From the NCBI GenBank assembly GCA_022711395.1, contig JAKLFA010000002.1:387864-451863 (forward strand): 64,000 nt of DNA, given 5' to 3'. The position numbers and the translations under genes were made by a program. The notes below the pieces were generated by a model. It did not search any database, was not told the origin of the DNA, and was given only the letters and a program-made list of their open reading frames with translations. Shown here in pieces: positions 28,365-38,129 of the stretch (position 1 is the first letter of the stretch; each line of letters begins with the position of its first letter). Source of the DNA: Candidatus Omnitrophota bacterium (GTDB taxonomy: Bacteria; Omnitrophota; Gorgyraeia; Zapsychrales; JANLHA01).

Positions 28365-30008
28365 TTAACGGTCTTTCTTTTGCTCCCGCTGAAACCGCCG
28401 CTCCATCTCATCGACCTTTTTCTTCAGCTCCATGATCCGCTCTTCCCGCCCGATGCTCGCTTTAAAAAAGATCTCAAGTTCATGCAGGTGCTTTTTCGTT
28501 TCGTTCTCTGTTTTCGTTCGTAATTCAACCTCCTGGCGAAGCTGCTGCTCATTGGCAACCAGCTGCTGATTGATCGCTGTCAACTGCTGCTGGCTCGCCC
28601 GCAACTGCTGATTGGCCGCCTGAAGCTGCTGCTCACTGGCCTGGAGCTGCTGATTGGCCGCCATCAATTCCGACGTCCGGCTCTGGACCATCCGCTCCAG
28701 TTCCTCTTTCCATCCGCTCATCCGCTCCAGCATCGCGTTGAACTGCCGTCCTAAAAACCCGATCTCATCTTTTGAAAACTCGCTGATCCTCGCCGAAAGG
28801 TCCCCCGCCTGAGCGCGCCGGGCGACCTCCGCCATCCTTTTGATCGGGCGCACCAATGAGGAGGACAATAAATAAATCGCGATCATCCCCAGCAGCATGC
28901 CCAAAAACGTCACCCCTAAAGAATAAAAAAGATTCTCCCGGACAGGCCAAAAGACGTCATCAAAATTCTCCTTGACCACCATCCCGATCGACTCTTTATA
29001 CGAGATCGGGATGTTCCGATACGCGGCCAGAACTTTGACGCCGCGGTAATCCCTGCCCTCCAAAACCCCCTCTTCTCCGCTGGCCGCGCGCCGGGCCGGT
29101 TCTGCATTGATCGTGTATCCCAGGGGGACCGGCTTTGTCCCATCTTTGAGCGGAAACTTCAGCGGTGTTAAAATTCGCTGATCCTGGTTGACCAGAACAA
29201 CCTCTCCGCTCCGGCCCAGTCCCTTGGCCGCGTTCAGCATCGGTGACAAAAACGACCCTAAATTCACATAGGTCACCAAAAGCAGCTCGTCTTCCTTAGC
29301 CGGTTCATCACCCCGCGCGCCTTCACCCGTCACGGGGGCCGCCAGCAAAAAATCCCCGGCCCCTCCGATCAAATCGCACTGCCGGATCGTGACAAAAACG
29401 CCACCCTCCGTCAGATCGATCGAATTCAGCCGCGCATCAAGGATCTTTTTACCGTAATCCTCATCGTGCGGCGGGACAACAGCAAAGCCCGTGGAATTGT
29501 CAACGACCGTGAACCGGTGAAAGACATTGCCATACACTTGCTGGGCCTGATGCAAAAAGTTCCTCGACTCCTTATACGACGGTTCCTGGCTCAGCGCCTG
29601 CCAAAGCTCTTCTCCGCTTTTGCCTTGTTTCCGATACTCCTTCCGTAAACGGCTCAATTCCTGGAGGTTCTCTCTCAACAACTGGTTAGCGGCAATCGCC
29701 TTAACATCATATTTCCGCTCCAGAAGCCACGCCGTAATGTTGTCCTTCTGCAGATCCGCGATCACGGAAAAATTATCCAGCGTGTTTTTCTTGAGCACGT
29801 ATTGAACGCCTTCGAATCCCACAAAAGGGATCCCGTAAAGGCGCGCCCATTCCAAGGACATCGATCCTGCCAAAAAAAGAAGCCCGAACAGCGTTATCAT
29901 TTTTAAGCGCAAACCGAAGAATTTATCTCTATCCATGACTCCGTCCCCCTTTATAAAGCAATGCTTCTGTGCGGTCTCCTTCAGCGCAATAAACAGACCC
30001 GTCCTCAA
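28365..30008 (-). CDS. Cache-like periplasmic sensor / HAMP / coiled-coil protein without kinase or MCP signalling domain
   Basis: Two transmembrane helices flank an approximately 300-aa periplasmic region. HAMP (VRPIKRMAEVARRAQAGDLSARISEF...). Five tandem heptads follow: NQQLQAS/EQQLQAA/NQQLRAS/QQQLTAI/NQQLVAN. The true start is probably an internal Met near 29930-29960, because the ORF overlaps cheD. Confidence 0.6.
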   Translation of the reverse strand: MRTGLFIALKETAQKHCFIKGDGVMDRDKFFGLRLKMITLFGLLFLAGSMSLEWARLYGIPFVGFEGVQYVLKKNTLDNFSVIADLQKDNITAWLLERKYDVKAIAANQLLRENLQELSRLRKEYRKQGKSGEELWQALSQEPSYKESRNFLHQAQQVYGNVFHRFTVVDNSTGFAVVPPHDEDYGKKILDARLNSIDLTEGGVFVTIRQCDLIGGAGDFLLAAPVTGEGARGDEPAKEDELLLVTYVNLGSFLSPMLNAAKGLGRSGEVVLVNQDQRILTPLKFPLKDGTKPVPLGYTINAEPARRAASGEEGVLEGRDYRGVKVLAAYRNIPISYKESIGMVVKENFDDVFWPVRENLFYSLGVTFLGMLLGMIAIYLLSSSLVRPIKRMAEVARRAQAGDLSARISEFSKDEIGFLGRQFNAMLERMSGWKEELERMVQSRTSELMAANQQLQASEQQLQAANQQLRASQQQLTAINQQLVANEQQLRQEVELRTKTENETKKHLHELEIFFKASIGREERIMELKKKVDEMERRFQREQKKDR

Positions 30009-30459
30009 TATTCAGCCAGGCGCTGCGCCGGATCACGCCCCCCACGGCCGTCTCCATGACCCTGATCCCTTCTTGCTTGAGGATCTCCGTGACCGAATCG
30101 ATGAGAGCGCGGCACAAGGTGTCATTTTCATCCTTGAGGACATTTCCCCCTCCGATAAGGCAGGCGGTCATATCCTCCGCGACAGAACCTAAACGCTTCA
30201 TTTTAAAAAGCAGGTCATCGATGGCGTCTTGCGCGTATTTCCGGTTCGGCATGAACCCGCGGTTCGCCGACTTGCCCGGAAGCATGATGTGCCCCAATCC
30301 GCCGATCATCCGCTTAGGGTCATGGGCGGCCACAACGACGCATGATCCGATTCCGTCCGAGCGCAGGATCACTTTTTGGGACGTGACCCAGACCTCTCCC
30401 GTGGCCACGGGAATCACCGCTTTCCTCCCTGCCGAAAATTGTCCGCGGTTCCCGATCAT
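29929..30459 (-). CDS. cheD: chemoreceptor glutamine deamidase CheD
   Basis: 176 aa. GIGSCVVVAAHD...GLGHIMLP matches the CheD catalytic Cys and His region. Confidence 0.8.
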   Translation of the reverse strand: MIGNRGQFSAGRKAVIPVATGEVWVTSQKVILRSDGIGSCVVVAAHDPKRMIGGLGHIMLPGKSANRGFMPNRKYAQDAIDDLLFKMKRLGSVAEDMTACLIGGGNVLKDENDTLCRALIDSVTEILKQEGIRVMETAVGGVIRRSAWLNIEDGSVYCAEGDRTEALLYKGGRSHG

Positions 30460-30649
30460 GCCCTCACGATCCTCTTAAAAAACGATTTTCTAATGGTGAT
30501 ACTTTTACTATACGCATTTGAGTATTAGCAAACAAGAAATTTTCTTAAAAAGTCAGCAAAAGGGCCATAGAACCATGCGGAAGAAAAATAAAAAATTTCG
30601 CCCCTTTACAATCGCAAATTCAGCGTATAAACTTTAAAAAGAAAGGAAC

Positions 30650-30976
30650 TTGACCATGATCCACATTTACTTATCGAAACGCAATCTGATCATTCTATTA
30701 ATGATTGTTGTGATCGCCTGCGCCGCACCGGTGATCGCGCAGTACTGCGTGCAGGACCCCACCGCTGGCATGGGGCCTCACAGCCTGCACGGGACATGCA
30801 AGATCAATCTTTACACCGGGGCCTGTTCGCTAGGATTTTCAGCCACCCCGGCTTTCTGCGCCACCGCGACAACATGCGGATGCGAGGCGGGCTACACGCC
30901 CCTCCTCTATCGCGAGCATGACAATCCCGCGAACACCACCGTCAACGCGCAATTCTGGACCTGCATGAAGAACTAA
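30650..30976 (+). CDS. small secreted cysteine-rich protein (paralog 1)
   Basis: 106-108 aa. Signal peptide (LLMIVVIACAAPVIAQY) and 8 Cys. C-terminal CMKN. A hairpin terminator follows. Confidence 0.6.
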   Translation: MTMIHIYLSKRNLIILLMIVVIACAAPVIAQYCVQDPTAGMGPHSLHGTCKINLYTGACSLGFSATPAFCATATTCGCEAGYTPLLYREHDNPANTTVNAQFWTCMKN

Positions 30977-31131
30977 ACTGCCTGGGCCCAGTTGCTCAAT
31001 GTTTTATCAAAATGGGATCTCAAACAAAACCCGTCTTTTTTCTAAAATAAGGCCATTGAACCAATAAAAATAAAAACGCCCTTTACATTCCACAGGACAG
31101 CCGATAAACTTTTAAAAATGGAGACGTCAGC

Positions 31132-31470
31132 ATGATTCAAATCAATCTTTCACAGCGCGACATCATCGTCTTATTGGCCATTATAATGATCATTTGCGCT
31201 GCCCCTGTGATCGCCCAATACTGCATCCAGGATCTTTCGGCACTGCCAGAAGGAAGTCAATTGCCGTATTCATTGGCTGGTTACTGCAAACAAACTCTTA
31301 TCGCCGATGGGGAGACTACCGTAGGATGCTCCGGCAGTTTTCCCGCGACGTGTTCACCTTGCGGCTGCACAAGCGGCTACACACTGGTGAGAACCGGTTC
31401 ACATTTTGTCCCAAACTCGCCCACAACACAACTCAGCGCCAAATTTTTTTCCTGCATGAAAAACCCGTGA
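31132..31470 (+). CDS. small secreted cysteine-rich protein (paralog 2)
   Basis: 112 aa. Same signal peptide, Cys spacing and C-terminal CMKNP. The upstream promoter region is conserved with paralog 1 (CGCCCTTTACA...GATAAACTTTAAAAA). Confidence 0.6.
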   Translation: MIQINLSQRDIIVLLAIIMIICAAPVIAQYCIQDLSALPEGSQLPYSLAGYCKQTLIADGETTVGCSGSFPATCSPCGCTSGYTLVRTGSHFVPNSPTTQLSAKFFSCMKNP

Positions 31471-31590
31471 CCCGGTTAAGAAAAAATCATTCAGAAAATT
31501 AAAACGTTTCAAAATAAAAACCCCTTTCACTGAACCTGAAAGGGGTTTTTATTTGTAAAAAAGCCCCTGTAAAAGGGGCTTGAAATTAAA

Positions 31591-31679
31591 CGGAGAGATC
31601 GGGATTTGAACCCGAGAACCCAGTTACCCAGGTTAACTGCTTAGCAGGCAGCTCCGTTCGGCCACTCCGGCATCTCTCC
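31591..31679 (-). tRNA. tRNA-Ser (anticodon GCT)
   Basis: GGAGAGATGCCGGAGTGGCCGAACGGAGCTGCCTGCTAAGCAGT...GGTTCAAATCCCGATCTCTCCG. Long variable arm. Flanked by a symmetric terminator hairpin (aagcccctgtaaaaggggctt). Confidence 0.8.
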
Positions 31680-31789
31680 AAAATTTTATCCGCAAAACCT
31701 GCTCACTTCCAACAACAAGTGCTAATAGAATAAAGCCTGATGTTCTCTTTCGCAAGAATTTTTTTCAATTCCGGCGAGCCGGACGCGGA

Positions 31790-32257
31790 TCACTTTTTGC
31801 CCAGAGCGCGCTTGCCCTGAAAAAATCCGCTCAACAGCCCTGAGCATTCCTCAGCCAGAACCCCGTCCCGCAATTCAAAATGGTGGTTCAAATCGCTATG
31901 CCGGGCAAGGTCCAGAACAGAACCGCAGGCCCCCGCTTTGGGGTCTCTTGCCCCAAAACACACCCTCCCGATCCTGGCGAGGACCAGCGCCCCCGCGCAC
32001 ATGCAGCAGGGCTCCAGCGTCACATACAAACAGCAGTCTTGCAACCATTTGGATTGAACGGCGTTGGTCGCCTGGGTCAGAGCGATCATTTCAGCGTGGG
32101 CGGTGGGGTCCTTGAGCATCTCGACCTGATTATAGGCCCGCGCGATCACCGCGTCCTTACGGACGATCACAGCACCCACCGGGACCTCATCCGAATTCAA
32201 AGCCCGCCTGGCCTGCTTCAAAGCTTCCCGCATAAAGATCTGGTCCATATCATCCAT
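31790..32257 (-). CDS. tadA: tRNA-specific adenosine deaminase TadA
   Basis: HAEMIAL...PCCMCAGAL zinc-binding deaminase motifs. Confidence 0.85.
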   Translation of the reverse strand: MDDMDQIFMREALKQARRALNSDEVPVGAVIVRKDAVIARAYNQVEMLKDPTAHAEMIALTQATNAVQSKWLQDCCLYVTLEPCCMCAGALVLARIGRVCFGARDPKAGACGSVLDLARHSDLNHHFELRDGVLAEECSGLLSGFFQGKRALGKK

Positions 32258-32262
32258 AGCGC

Positions 32263-33828
32263 CTACGCCTTTATTGAACGCCCGCCAGCCAGCGGAAGCA
32301 CGATGCGGATCTGTGTCCCGTGCCGTTGATCACTCTTGACCTGGATCTCCCCCTGCACGCTTTTGACCAGCGCGTAAGCGATCGAAAGCCCCAGGCCCAA
32401 ATTCTTATGCGCGCCCCTGAACTTCGTCGTGAAAAAAGGTTCGAAAATGTGCGGCAGGTCCTCTTCCGCGATGCCGATCCCCTGGTCCCTCACGCAGATC
32501 TCACACATGGTTTTATCTTCAACAAGCCCGCAACTGATGCCCAGCAGCCCTCCGGCGTCCATCGCCTGGACCGCGTTGTCCAGGATATTGCCGATGACCT
32601 GGGAAAGATCGATCATGCTGATCCTCACCTTGCAGGGGGTCCTGCTAAACGATGTCTTGACACGGATCCCGCCGTGCTTAAAAACAGCCGCTTTCGATGA
32701 AAGCACCGCCTCGATGGCAGCCTTAACGTCCGTGGAGGCCTTATCCATCTGGGCTTTCTTCTGGCTCAGGCGTAAAAGACGGTCCGCGGTTTGATAGCAG
32801 TATTCGATCTGATTCTTCATGCGTTCGATATTGGAAAAGATCAAGACAAAATCATGATAACTGATGTATTCAAAATCCCGGTTCTTGTATTTCTTCAAAA
32901 GCCCCTCGGCGATCCTGGATATGCCCAGCAACGGATTCTTGAGTTCATGCGCGGCACCTTCAATAAAAAGCTTGAGCGCTTCCATCTTGTCCGATTCATG
33001 CTGCAGGCGGTCCTTCTCGATCCGCGGGCGCAGGTCCCTCACGATGCTGTGGGCCCCCACGACCTGCCGCCCCTGATAAAGCGGCGAAATGTTCATCTCC
33101 ACCGGGATCGCCAGCCCGCTTTGGGTCATAAGGTCAACAGTCTGGTTGAAAAAGCTCTTGCCGGATTTCACGCCCTGAAAGATCTTGCGCGCGCGGCCAA
33201 GATGCTTGGAGGACAAAAAATGCTCATAAAGGCGTGGCTCCTGGGCACGGCTGGAGATCTCTAAAAGACGGGCCATGGCAGGATTAACATAGGTGATCTC
33301 CCCTTTAAGATTTAGGGTGATGATCCCGTCCGCGGCCCCTTCGCTCAGCAGACGGTAGAGGTTCTTGGATTCTTTCAAGCCGTCCTGCAGGGAGATTTGG
33401 CGCGTGACATCGCGGCCTAGCGACAGGATATATCCCCGCCCTTCCAGCGTTGTATAAACCGCGGTCGCATCGATGATCTGGACCTGGCCATGGCGCCCTT
33501 TGCGTTCAAGTTGATAGCTGACGGTCTTTTTGGCGCGTTTCAGCTCCGCGAGGTGGGCCTTCTTCCACTGGGGCAAGGTCATCTTTTTATTAAAAAAACG
33601 GGTGATCGGAGTCCCGATCAAGTCCTTCAAAGCGATGCCCAGGCCGTTGACGGAAGCGTCATTGGCATAGACGATCCTGCCGTCCTCGTCAATGATAAGC
33701 AGTTCATCGCCGATATAACGCAAGATATTTTTTAAAAGGCCCGCTTCACAGTTCAGCAGATCGAGAAAAGACCTTTTTGATAGGTTCTTTGAAGGCATGC
33801 GATTTTTACGTGCGGCAGATGAGGGCAT
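32263..33828 (-). CDS. PAS-domain sensor histidine kinase (cytoplasmic, 2x PAS + HisKA + HATPase)
   Basis: 521 aa. EGAAHELKNPL H-box. RDQGIGI...GLGLSIA G-boxes. Confidence 0.85.
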   Translation of the reverse strand: MPSSAARKNRMPSKNLSKRSFLDLLNCEAGLLKNILRYIGDELLIIDEDGRIVYANDASVNGLGIALKDLIGTPITRFFNKKMTLPQWKKAHLAELKRAKKTVSYQLERKGRHGQVQIIDATAVYTTLEGRGYILSLGRDVTRQISLQDGLKESKNLYRLLSEGAADGIITLNLKGEITYVNPAMARLLEISSRAQEPRLYEHFLSSKHLGRARKIFQGVKSGKSFFNQTVDLMTQSGLAIPVEMNISPLYQGRQVVGAHSIVRDLRPRIEKDRLQHESDKMEALKLFIEGAAHELKNPLLGISRIAEGLLKKYKNRDFEYISYHDFVLIFSNIERMKNQIEYCYQTADRLLRLSQKKAQMDKASTDVKAAIEAVLSSKAAVFKHGGIRVKTSFSRTPCKVRISMIDLSQVIGNILDNAVQAMDAGGLLGISCGLVEDKTMCEICVRDQGIGIAEEDLPHIFEPFFTTKFRGAHKNLGLGLSIAYALVKSVQGEIQVKSDQRHGTQIRIVLPLAGGRSIKA

Positions 33829-33842
33829 AGGTAGTATAAAAA

Positions 33843-33916
33843 CGCGCCTGAGGGGACTCGAACCTCTAACCTTCTGTTCCGTAGACAGATGCTCTATCCA
33901 ATTGAGCTACAGGCGC
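33843..33916 (-). tRNA. tRNA-Arg (anticodon ACG)
   Basis: GCGCCTGTAGCTCAATTGGATAGAGCATCTGTCTACGGAACAGAAGGTTAGAGGTTCGAGTCCCCTCAGGCGCG. Confidence 0.85.
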
Positions 33917-34002
33917 AGATGTGTGCTGTTCTATAAAAATGTATAACGGTTTTACTACAAAACGTCGTGTTCGTCAACTGATTTTTGGCAAGGAGTCCGG
34001 CG

Positions 34003-35412
34003 TCAATGGACGAAGCGCTGGCGCCGTTCATCCAGATATTCTTTCCCAAGCAGTTCCTCACGGCTGAGGCCAAGGCCCGCGACCGCCTTGTCCGGATCAC
34101 GGCTAAAGGCCCGGCAAAACAGCGTTACTTCCCGAAGGGTCGTCAAATTGCGGTTGGCAAGCTCTTTGAGGAGCATCGCCCGCAACTGGACCTCCAGGAT
34201 AAGGTCTTTGGGAAGGAGCCCCGATTGCTGGGAGAGCTTATCACGGTAAACCGTGCTGGTAGACATCTGACGGATCTCGTTGGATTCATAATCATATTTA
34301 TAGATCTGCGAAAGGAGCACCTTCTCCTGCTCCATGCCGCTGGTCTCGCTGATCTCATCCACGATACGGGTCACCCTGCCTCCGACGTGATAACGCTTTA
34401 GGACCACAAAGACATCGATCAGCCGCACAAGCTCCTTTGGGATATTCATGGGCTGGTTCTGAAGGCGCATGATCGCCTCCCGGGACGTGAGCGCGTGGAT
34501 CGTGCCGATGCAATATTTCCCGATGTTGGCCGCCGTGATCATGTCCCCCGCCTCAGCGCCCCGGACCTCACCGATCACGATCCGTTCAGGCCGCATGCGC
34601 AAGCTGTTCTTGACCAGGTCCGCCAGTGAAAAATCCTCCCCGCTCTCCAGTCGGGAGCAGCTGGAAACAAATTCCGTGTTCAATTCCAGAGTGTCTTCGA
34701 TCACCACCAGACGGTCAGTGTCGGGAATAAAACTGAAAAGCGCGTTCAAAAGGGTCGTCTTTCCAACACCCGGCCCCCCGGCAATGATCATGTTCGCCGG
34801 GCGGATCGACATTCCTTCCAGATACAGCCAAAGCTGGGCCGCGACCTCATAGGTCATCCCGCCCCGCTTGATCAGGTCCAGGACACTCAAAGGCGACGCC
34901 TTGGCCTTGGTGATCGTGATCTGGGGGCCGAACGGCGATTTGATAATATTGACACGGCCGTCAAGATTGGGAAGCTCGATATTCATGATATTTTCGAACC
35001 GCGTGCGTCCTGAAAACAAGATCAGCTTCTTGATAAAAAGGTCCAGCTCTTCTTTGGATTTGAATTGGCGGTCAACGCAGACCAGGCCTTTTTCCGAATG
35101 ATGGATATAGATCGGGTTGAGCGCGTTAATGATCACGTCTTCCACGTTGATGTCGCTTAAAAGCTCCTGCAAAAGCCCATAAGAAAGGAAATTCTGAATG
35201 AACAGGTTGCGGGTATGCTCATTGTCCAGCTCTTCCATCTCCTTCTTGAACCGGGTCTTGTTGCCTTCAAGAAAGAATTCCTTTAAACCCTCCTGGACGA
35301 TTTCGATCTTCTCGTCATGCCGTTGCAGGAGATGGAAACGGCCATAGAGCTTCTCGACCAAAGCGGTCTGCAGATCAATGGATTGTTTTGTTTCTGAAGG
35401 TAAAGAGTTCAT
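34003..35412 (-). CDS. type II/IV secretion-system family ATPase (CpaF/TadA/FlaI-like), orphan
   Basis: 469 aa. Walker A GGPGVGKTT. Asp box and Walker B (VIEDTLEL). His box (RIVIGEVRGAE). No other secretion or pilus genes are nearby. Confidence 0.75.
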   Translation of the reverse strand: MNSLPSETKQSIDLQTALVEKLYGRFHLLQRHDEKIEIVQEGLKEFFLEGNKTRFKKEMEELDNEHTRNLFIQNFLSYGLLQELLSDINVEDVIINALNPIYIHHSEKGLVCVDRQFKSKEELDLFIKKLILFSGRTRFENIMNIELPNLDGRVNIIKSPFGPQITITKAKASPLSVLDLIKRGGMTYEVAAQLWLYLEGMSIRPANMIIAGGPGVGKTTLLNALFSFIPDTDRLVVIEDTLELNTEFVSSCSRLESGEDFSLADLVKNSLRMRPERIVIGEVRGAEAGDMITAANIGKYCIGTIHALTSREAIMRLQNQPMNIPKELVRLIDVFVVLKRYHVGGRVTRIVDEISETSGMEQEKVLLSQIYKYDYESNEIRQMSTSTVYRDKLSQQSGLLPKDLILEVQLRAMLLKELANRNLTTLREVTLFCRAFSRDPDKAVAGLGLSREELLGKEYLDERRQRFVH

Positions 35413-35471
35413 AATGTTAAATTACTGTATCACTAAAGATAGCAGCTGTAAATATTTATGACAAATCTCTT

Positions 35472-38129
35472 TCAGGGTTGCGGCTGCGACTTCGGCAATC
35501 CGATCAGCGTCAACAGCCGTTGATCCCCCAGATAGGTTTGGGCAAGGCTCTGAACATCCTCCGCGGTGACCGAATTGATCCTCTCTTCATAACGTTTATA
35601 CGAATCCCAGCCCAGGCCATAGAGCTCGTCTAACGCTGTCATAAATGAAAACCCGGAATCCGTCTCTTTCGTCCGCCGGAAACTTCCGATCAAATAGGCC
35701 TTTGTGCTTTGAAGAAGGTCCGCATCGACCGGCTGTTCTCGCAATTCCCTGATCAGCCCGTGCAAAGCGGCCTTGACTTCCTGCGCGCGGTCAGGAGAGG
35801 TCAAAACATGGAACAAAACATAACCCGTATCCCGTAACGGCTGAAATCCCCCTCCCAAACGATACGAAGCGCCCATCTGTTCCCGGATCACATTAAAGAT
35901 CCTGCCCCGAAAAGGCGATCCCAGGATCGCCGCCAGGATTTCCATCGCATAACGGTCCTCGTGATAAAAACCGACCGCCTGCGCACCGACCAGAACGACG
36001 GCCTGTTCTTTCTCAAAATATTCGCTTATCTCTCTTGCCTCGACCGGGGCAGGCGAGGATGAACGGATATCGACCTCCTGCCTGGCCATAGACCCGAAAA
36101 GAGACGTTACGTGTTTTAAAACAGCTTCACGGTCGAAATTTCCAAATACCGCCAGGACAGCGCTATTCGGTTTCACGTAAGACCGGTAATAGGCCAGCAC
36201 ATCCTCCCTGGAAAGGGCTTCCACGCTCTCATGGGTCCCCAGCTCGGTCAAGCGGGCGGGATGCCCCGCGAAAAGCTTTTCTAAAAACAGCCGCCGTGCC
36301 GCCCGCGGCAGGTCATCGTCACGCGCCGAGATCGATGTGTGGATACGCTGCCGGCTTTTACGGACCTCCTCGTCCGGGAACACTGGGCCCAAAACAACCT
36401 CTGCCAGAAGTTCCAGTCCCAGACGGATATCTTTATCCATCATGGACATGGAGAGACCAATACTGTTGCGCCCGGCAAATGCGCTTAGGGAGATCGCCTC
36501 CTTTTCCAAAAGCGCGTGAAGCCTCTCGGCCGAAAAACGCCGGGTCCCCTGCGTCCAGACATCGGCGAACAGGTTGGAGATCCCGTTGTTGCGCTCATCT
36601 TCCTGTCCGACTCCAGCGTTAAAAACAAACACCGCCTGCACGAACGGCAGCGTGGGATTCTGCCGCAACAGCACGGTCATCCCGTTGTCCAAACGCACGG
36701 CATCGACCGCGTCCTTATCAAAATTCAACGAATCGGGCCCCGGCCCGGAGGGCTCCTGCGTCTGCGGGGTCAACGCCGTTACCGTTAAACTCTCATCCAC
36801 CAGGTAGCGCCGGGCCGCCTGCTGGATCTCTTTTACGGTCAGGCGGTCAAAAGCCTTCACATACCTCAACGAAAAGGAGCTGTCACCGAACAACCCCTCG
36901 CTCACCGCCAAGTCATGCGCCAATGAGGAGGATGTTTCCTGGCGCTGCCAATAATCTTTCCAGACCGCTTTCTTGGCCTTCAAAAGCTCCTCTTTGCTGA
37001 TCCCTGAACGCTGGATCGCACGGACCTGTTTCAGGACCTCTTCCCGGACCCGATCAAGGGGCACATCCATGAACGACACTTCGATCTCAAAGACCCCGTC
37101 GCCCACCGGTGTAAAATTGGAAGCGGAAACGGACTGGACCAGTGACTGCCGCTGCACAAGTTCCCGATAAAGCCGGGAACTGGCCCCCTGTCCGAGGACC
37201 ATCGCCAACGCGTCCAACGCTGCCATATCATCATGAAAAACATTCACCCCTCGGTAGGCAAGGCTCATGCGGGTCAAAGGCGTGGGATATCCCTCGGAAT
37301 AAAAACGGGACCCCTTCTGGACCGGCTCCTGGGGAAAGTCTCTCAAAGAGACCGGCGTGCGTTCAAATTTCTCGAATGCCGCTCTGGCCAGGGGGACCAC
37401 CTCGTCTTTTTTGACCCCGCCGGCCACCACCAGCACGATATTGTTGGGAGCGTAAAATTTCTTGTAATGCTGTCTCATCTGCTGCGCGGTCAATGAACGC
37501 AGAAGCGGTTCATAGCCGATGATCGGGACCTTGTAGGGATGGACACGATAGACATTCGAAAAGGTCATCTCGCTCAAATACCGGTCAGGCGAATCTTTAT
37601 ACATCTTCAGTTCGCTCAGAACGACCTCCTTCTCCCGGTCGAACTCCCCCTCATCGATGACAGCGTTCATCAGCATGTCCGCAAGGATATCCAGCCCCTT
37701 TGAAAAACTGACGGCGGGGACCGTGATCGTGTAGATGGTGTAATCAAGCCCCGTTGAAGCGTTGATCACCCCGCCCAGCGACTGGATCTCATCGGGGATA
37801 TCCCCGGGCTTTCGCGTCAACGTCCCTTTAAAGATCATGTGCTCAAGGAAATGGGACAATCCCGTGCCTAAAAATGGTCCCTCCATGGTCGAACCAACAT
37901 CCACAAAACCATAGACCGAGACCATGTCGCTGGCCGGCATCTCGGCCACAATAAGCCTCATTCCATTTTCAAAAAGGATCTTTTCTGGTCGAACGGGTTC
38001 GATCGAAACCGCATCGCCCGTGGCAAAAAACAGAAGGCAGACGGCGACCGCCCCTGCCAAGAAAAAACGCAAACTTATGGAAAGGTTATTTTTTCTTCCG
38101 GAAATCATTGAGTAATTTCTGGATATCAT
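35472..38129 (-). CDS. secreted tandem M16 (pitrilysin/insulinase) family zinc peptidase
   Basis: 885 aa. Signal peptide. HFLEHM inverted zinc motif in the first half. Second inactive-type M16 half. Confidence 0.8.
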   Translation of the reverse strand: MISRNYSMISGRKNNLSISLRFFLAGAVAVCLLFFATGDAVSIEPVRPEKILFENGMRLIVAEMPASDMVSVYGFVDVGSTMEGPFLGTGLSHFLEHMIFKGTLTRKPGDIPDEIQSLGGVINASTGLDYTIYTITVPAVSFSKGLDILADMLMNAVIDEGEFDREKEVVLSELKMYKDSPDRYLSEMTFSNVYRVHPYKVPIIGYEPLLRSLTAQQMRQHYKKFYAPNNIVLVVAGGVKKDEVVPLARAAFEKFERTPVSLRDFPQEPVQKGSRFYSEGYPTPLTRMSLAYRGVNVFHDDMAALDALAMVLGQGASSRLYRELVQRQSLVQSVSASNFTPVGDGVFEIEVSFMDVPLDRVREEVLKQVRAIQRSGISKEELLKAKKAVWKDYWQRQETSSSLAHDLAVSEGLFGDSSFSLRYVKAFDRLTVKEIQQAARRYLVDESLTVTALTPQTQEPSGPGPDSLNFDKDAVDAVRLDNGMTVLLRQNPTLPFVQAVFVFNAGVGQEDERNNGISNLFADVWTQGTRRFSAERLHALLEKEAISLSAFAGRNSIGLSMSMMDKDIRLGLELLAEVVLGPVFPDEEVRKSRQRIHTSISARDDDLPRAARRLFLEKLFAGHPARLTELGTHESVEALSREDVLAYYRSYVKPNSAVLAVFGNFDREAVLKHVTSLFGSMARQEVDIRSSSPAPVEAREISEYFEKEQAVVLVGAQAVGFYHEDRYAMEILAAILGSPFRGRIFNVIREQMGASYRLGGGFQPLRDTGYVLFHVLTSPDRAQEVKAALHGLIRELREQPVDADLLQSTKAYLIGSFRRTKETDSGFSFMTALDELYGLGWDSYKRYEERINSVTAEDVQSLAQTYLGDQRLLTLIGLPKSQPQP

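Noticed and set aside
28555-28680. Tandem DNA repeat (approximately 21-nt period) that could be mistaken for a CRISPR-like or VNTR array
   Set aside because: It is in-frame coding sequence for the QQLxA[ST] heptad array of the Cache-HAMP protein. There are no spacers and no cas genes.
33894-34100. 68-aa minus-strand ORF
   Set aside because: Overlaps the 5' end of tRNA-Arg and the 3' end of the ATPase gene. No support.
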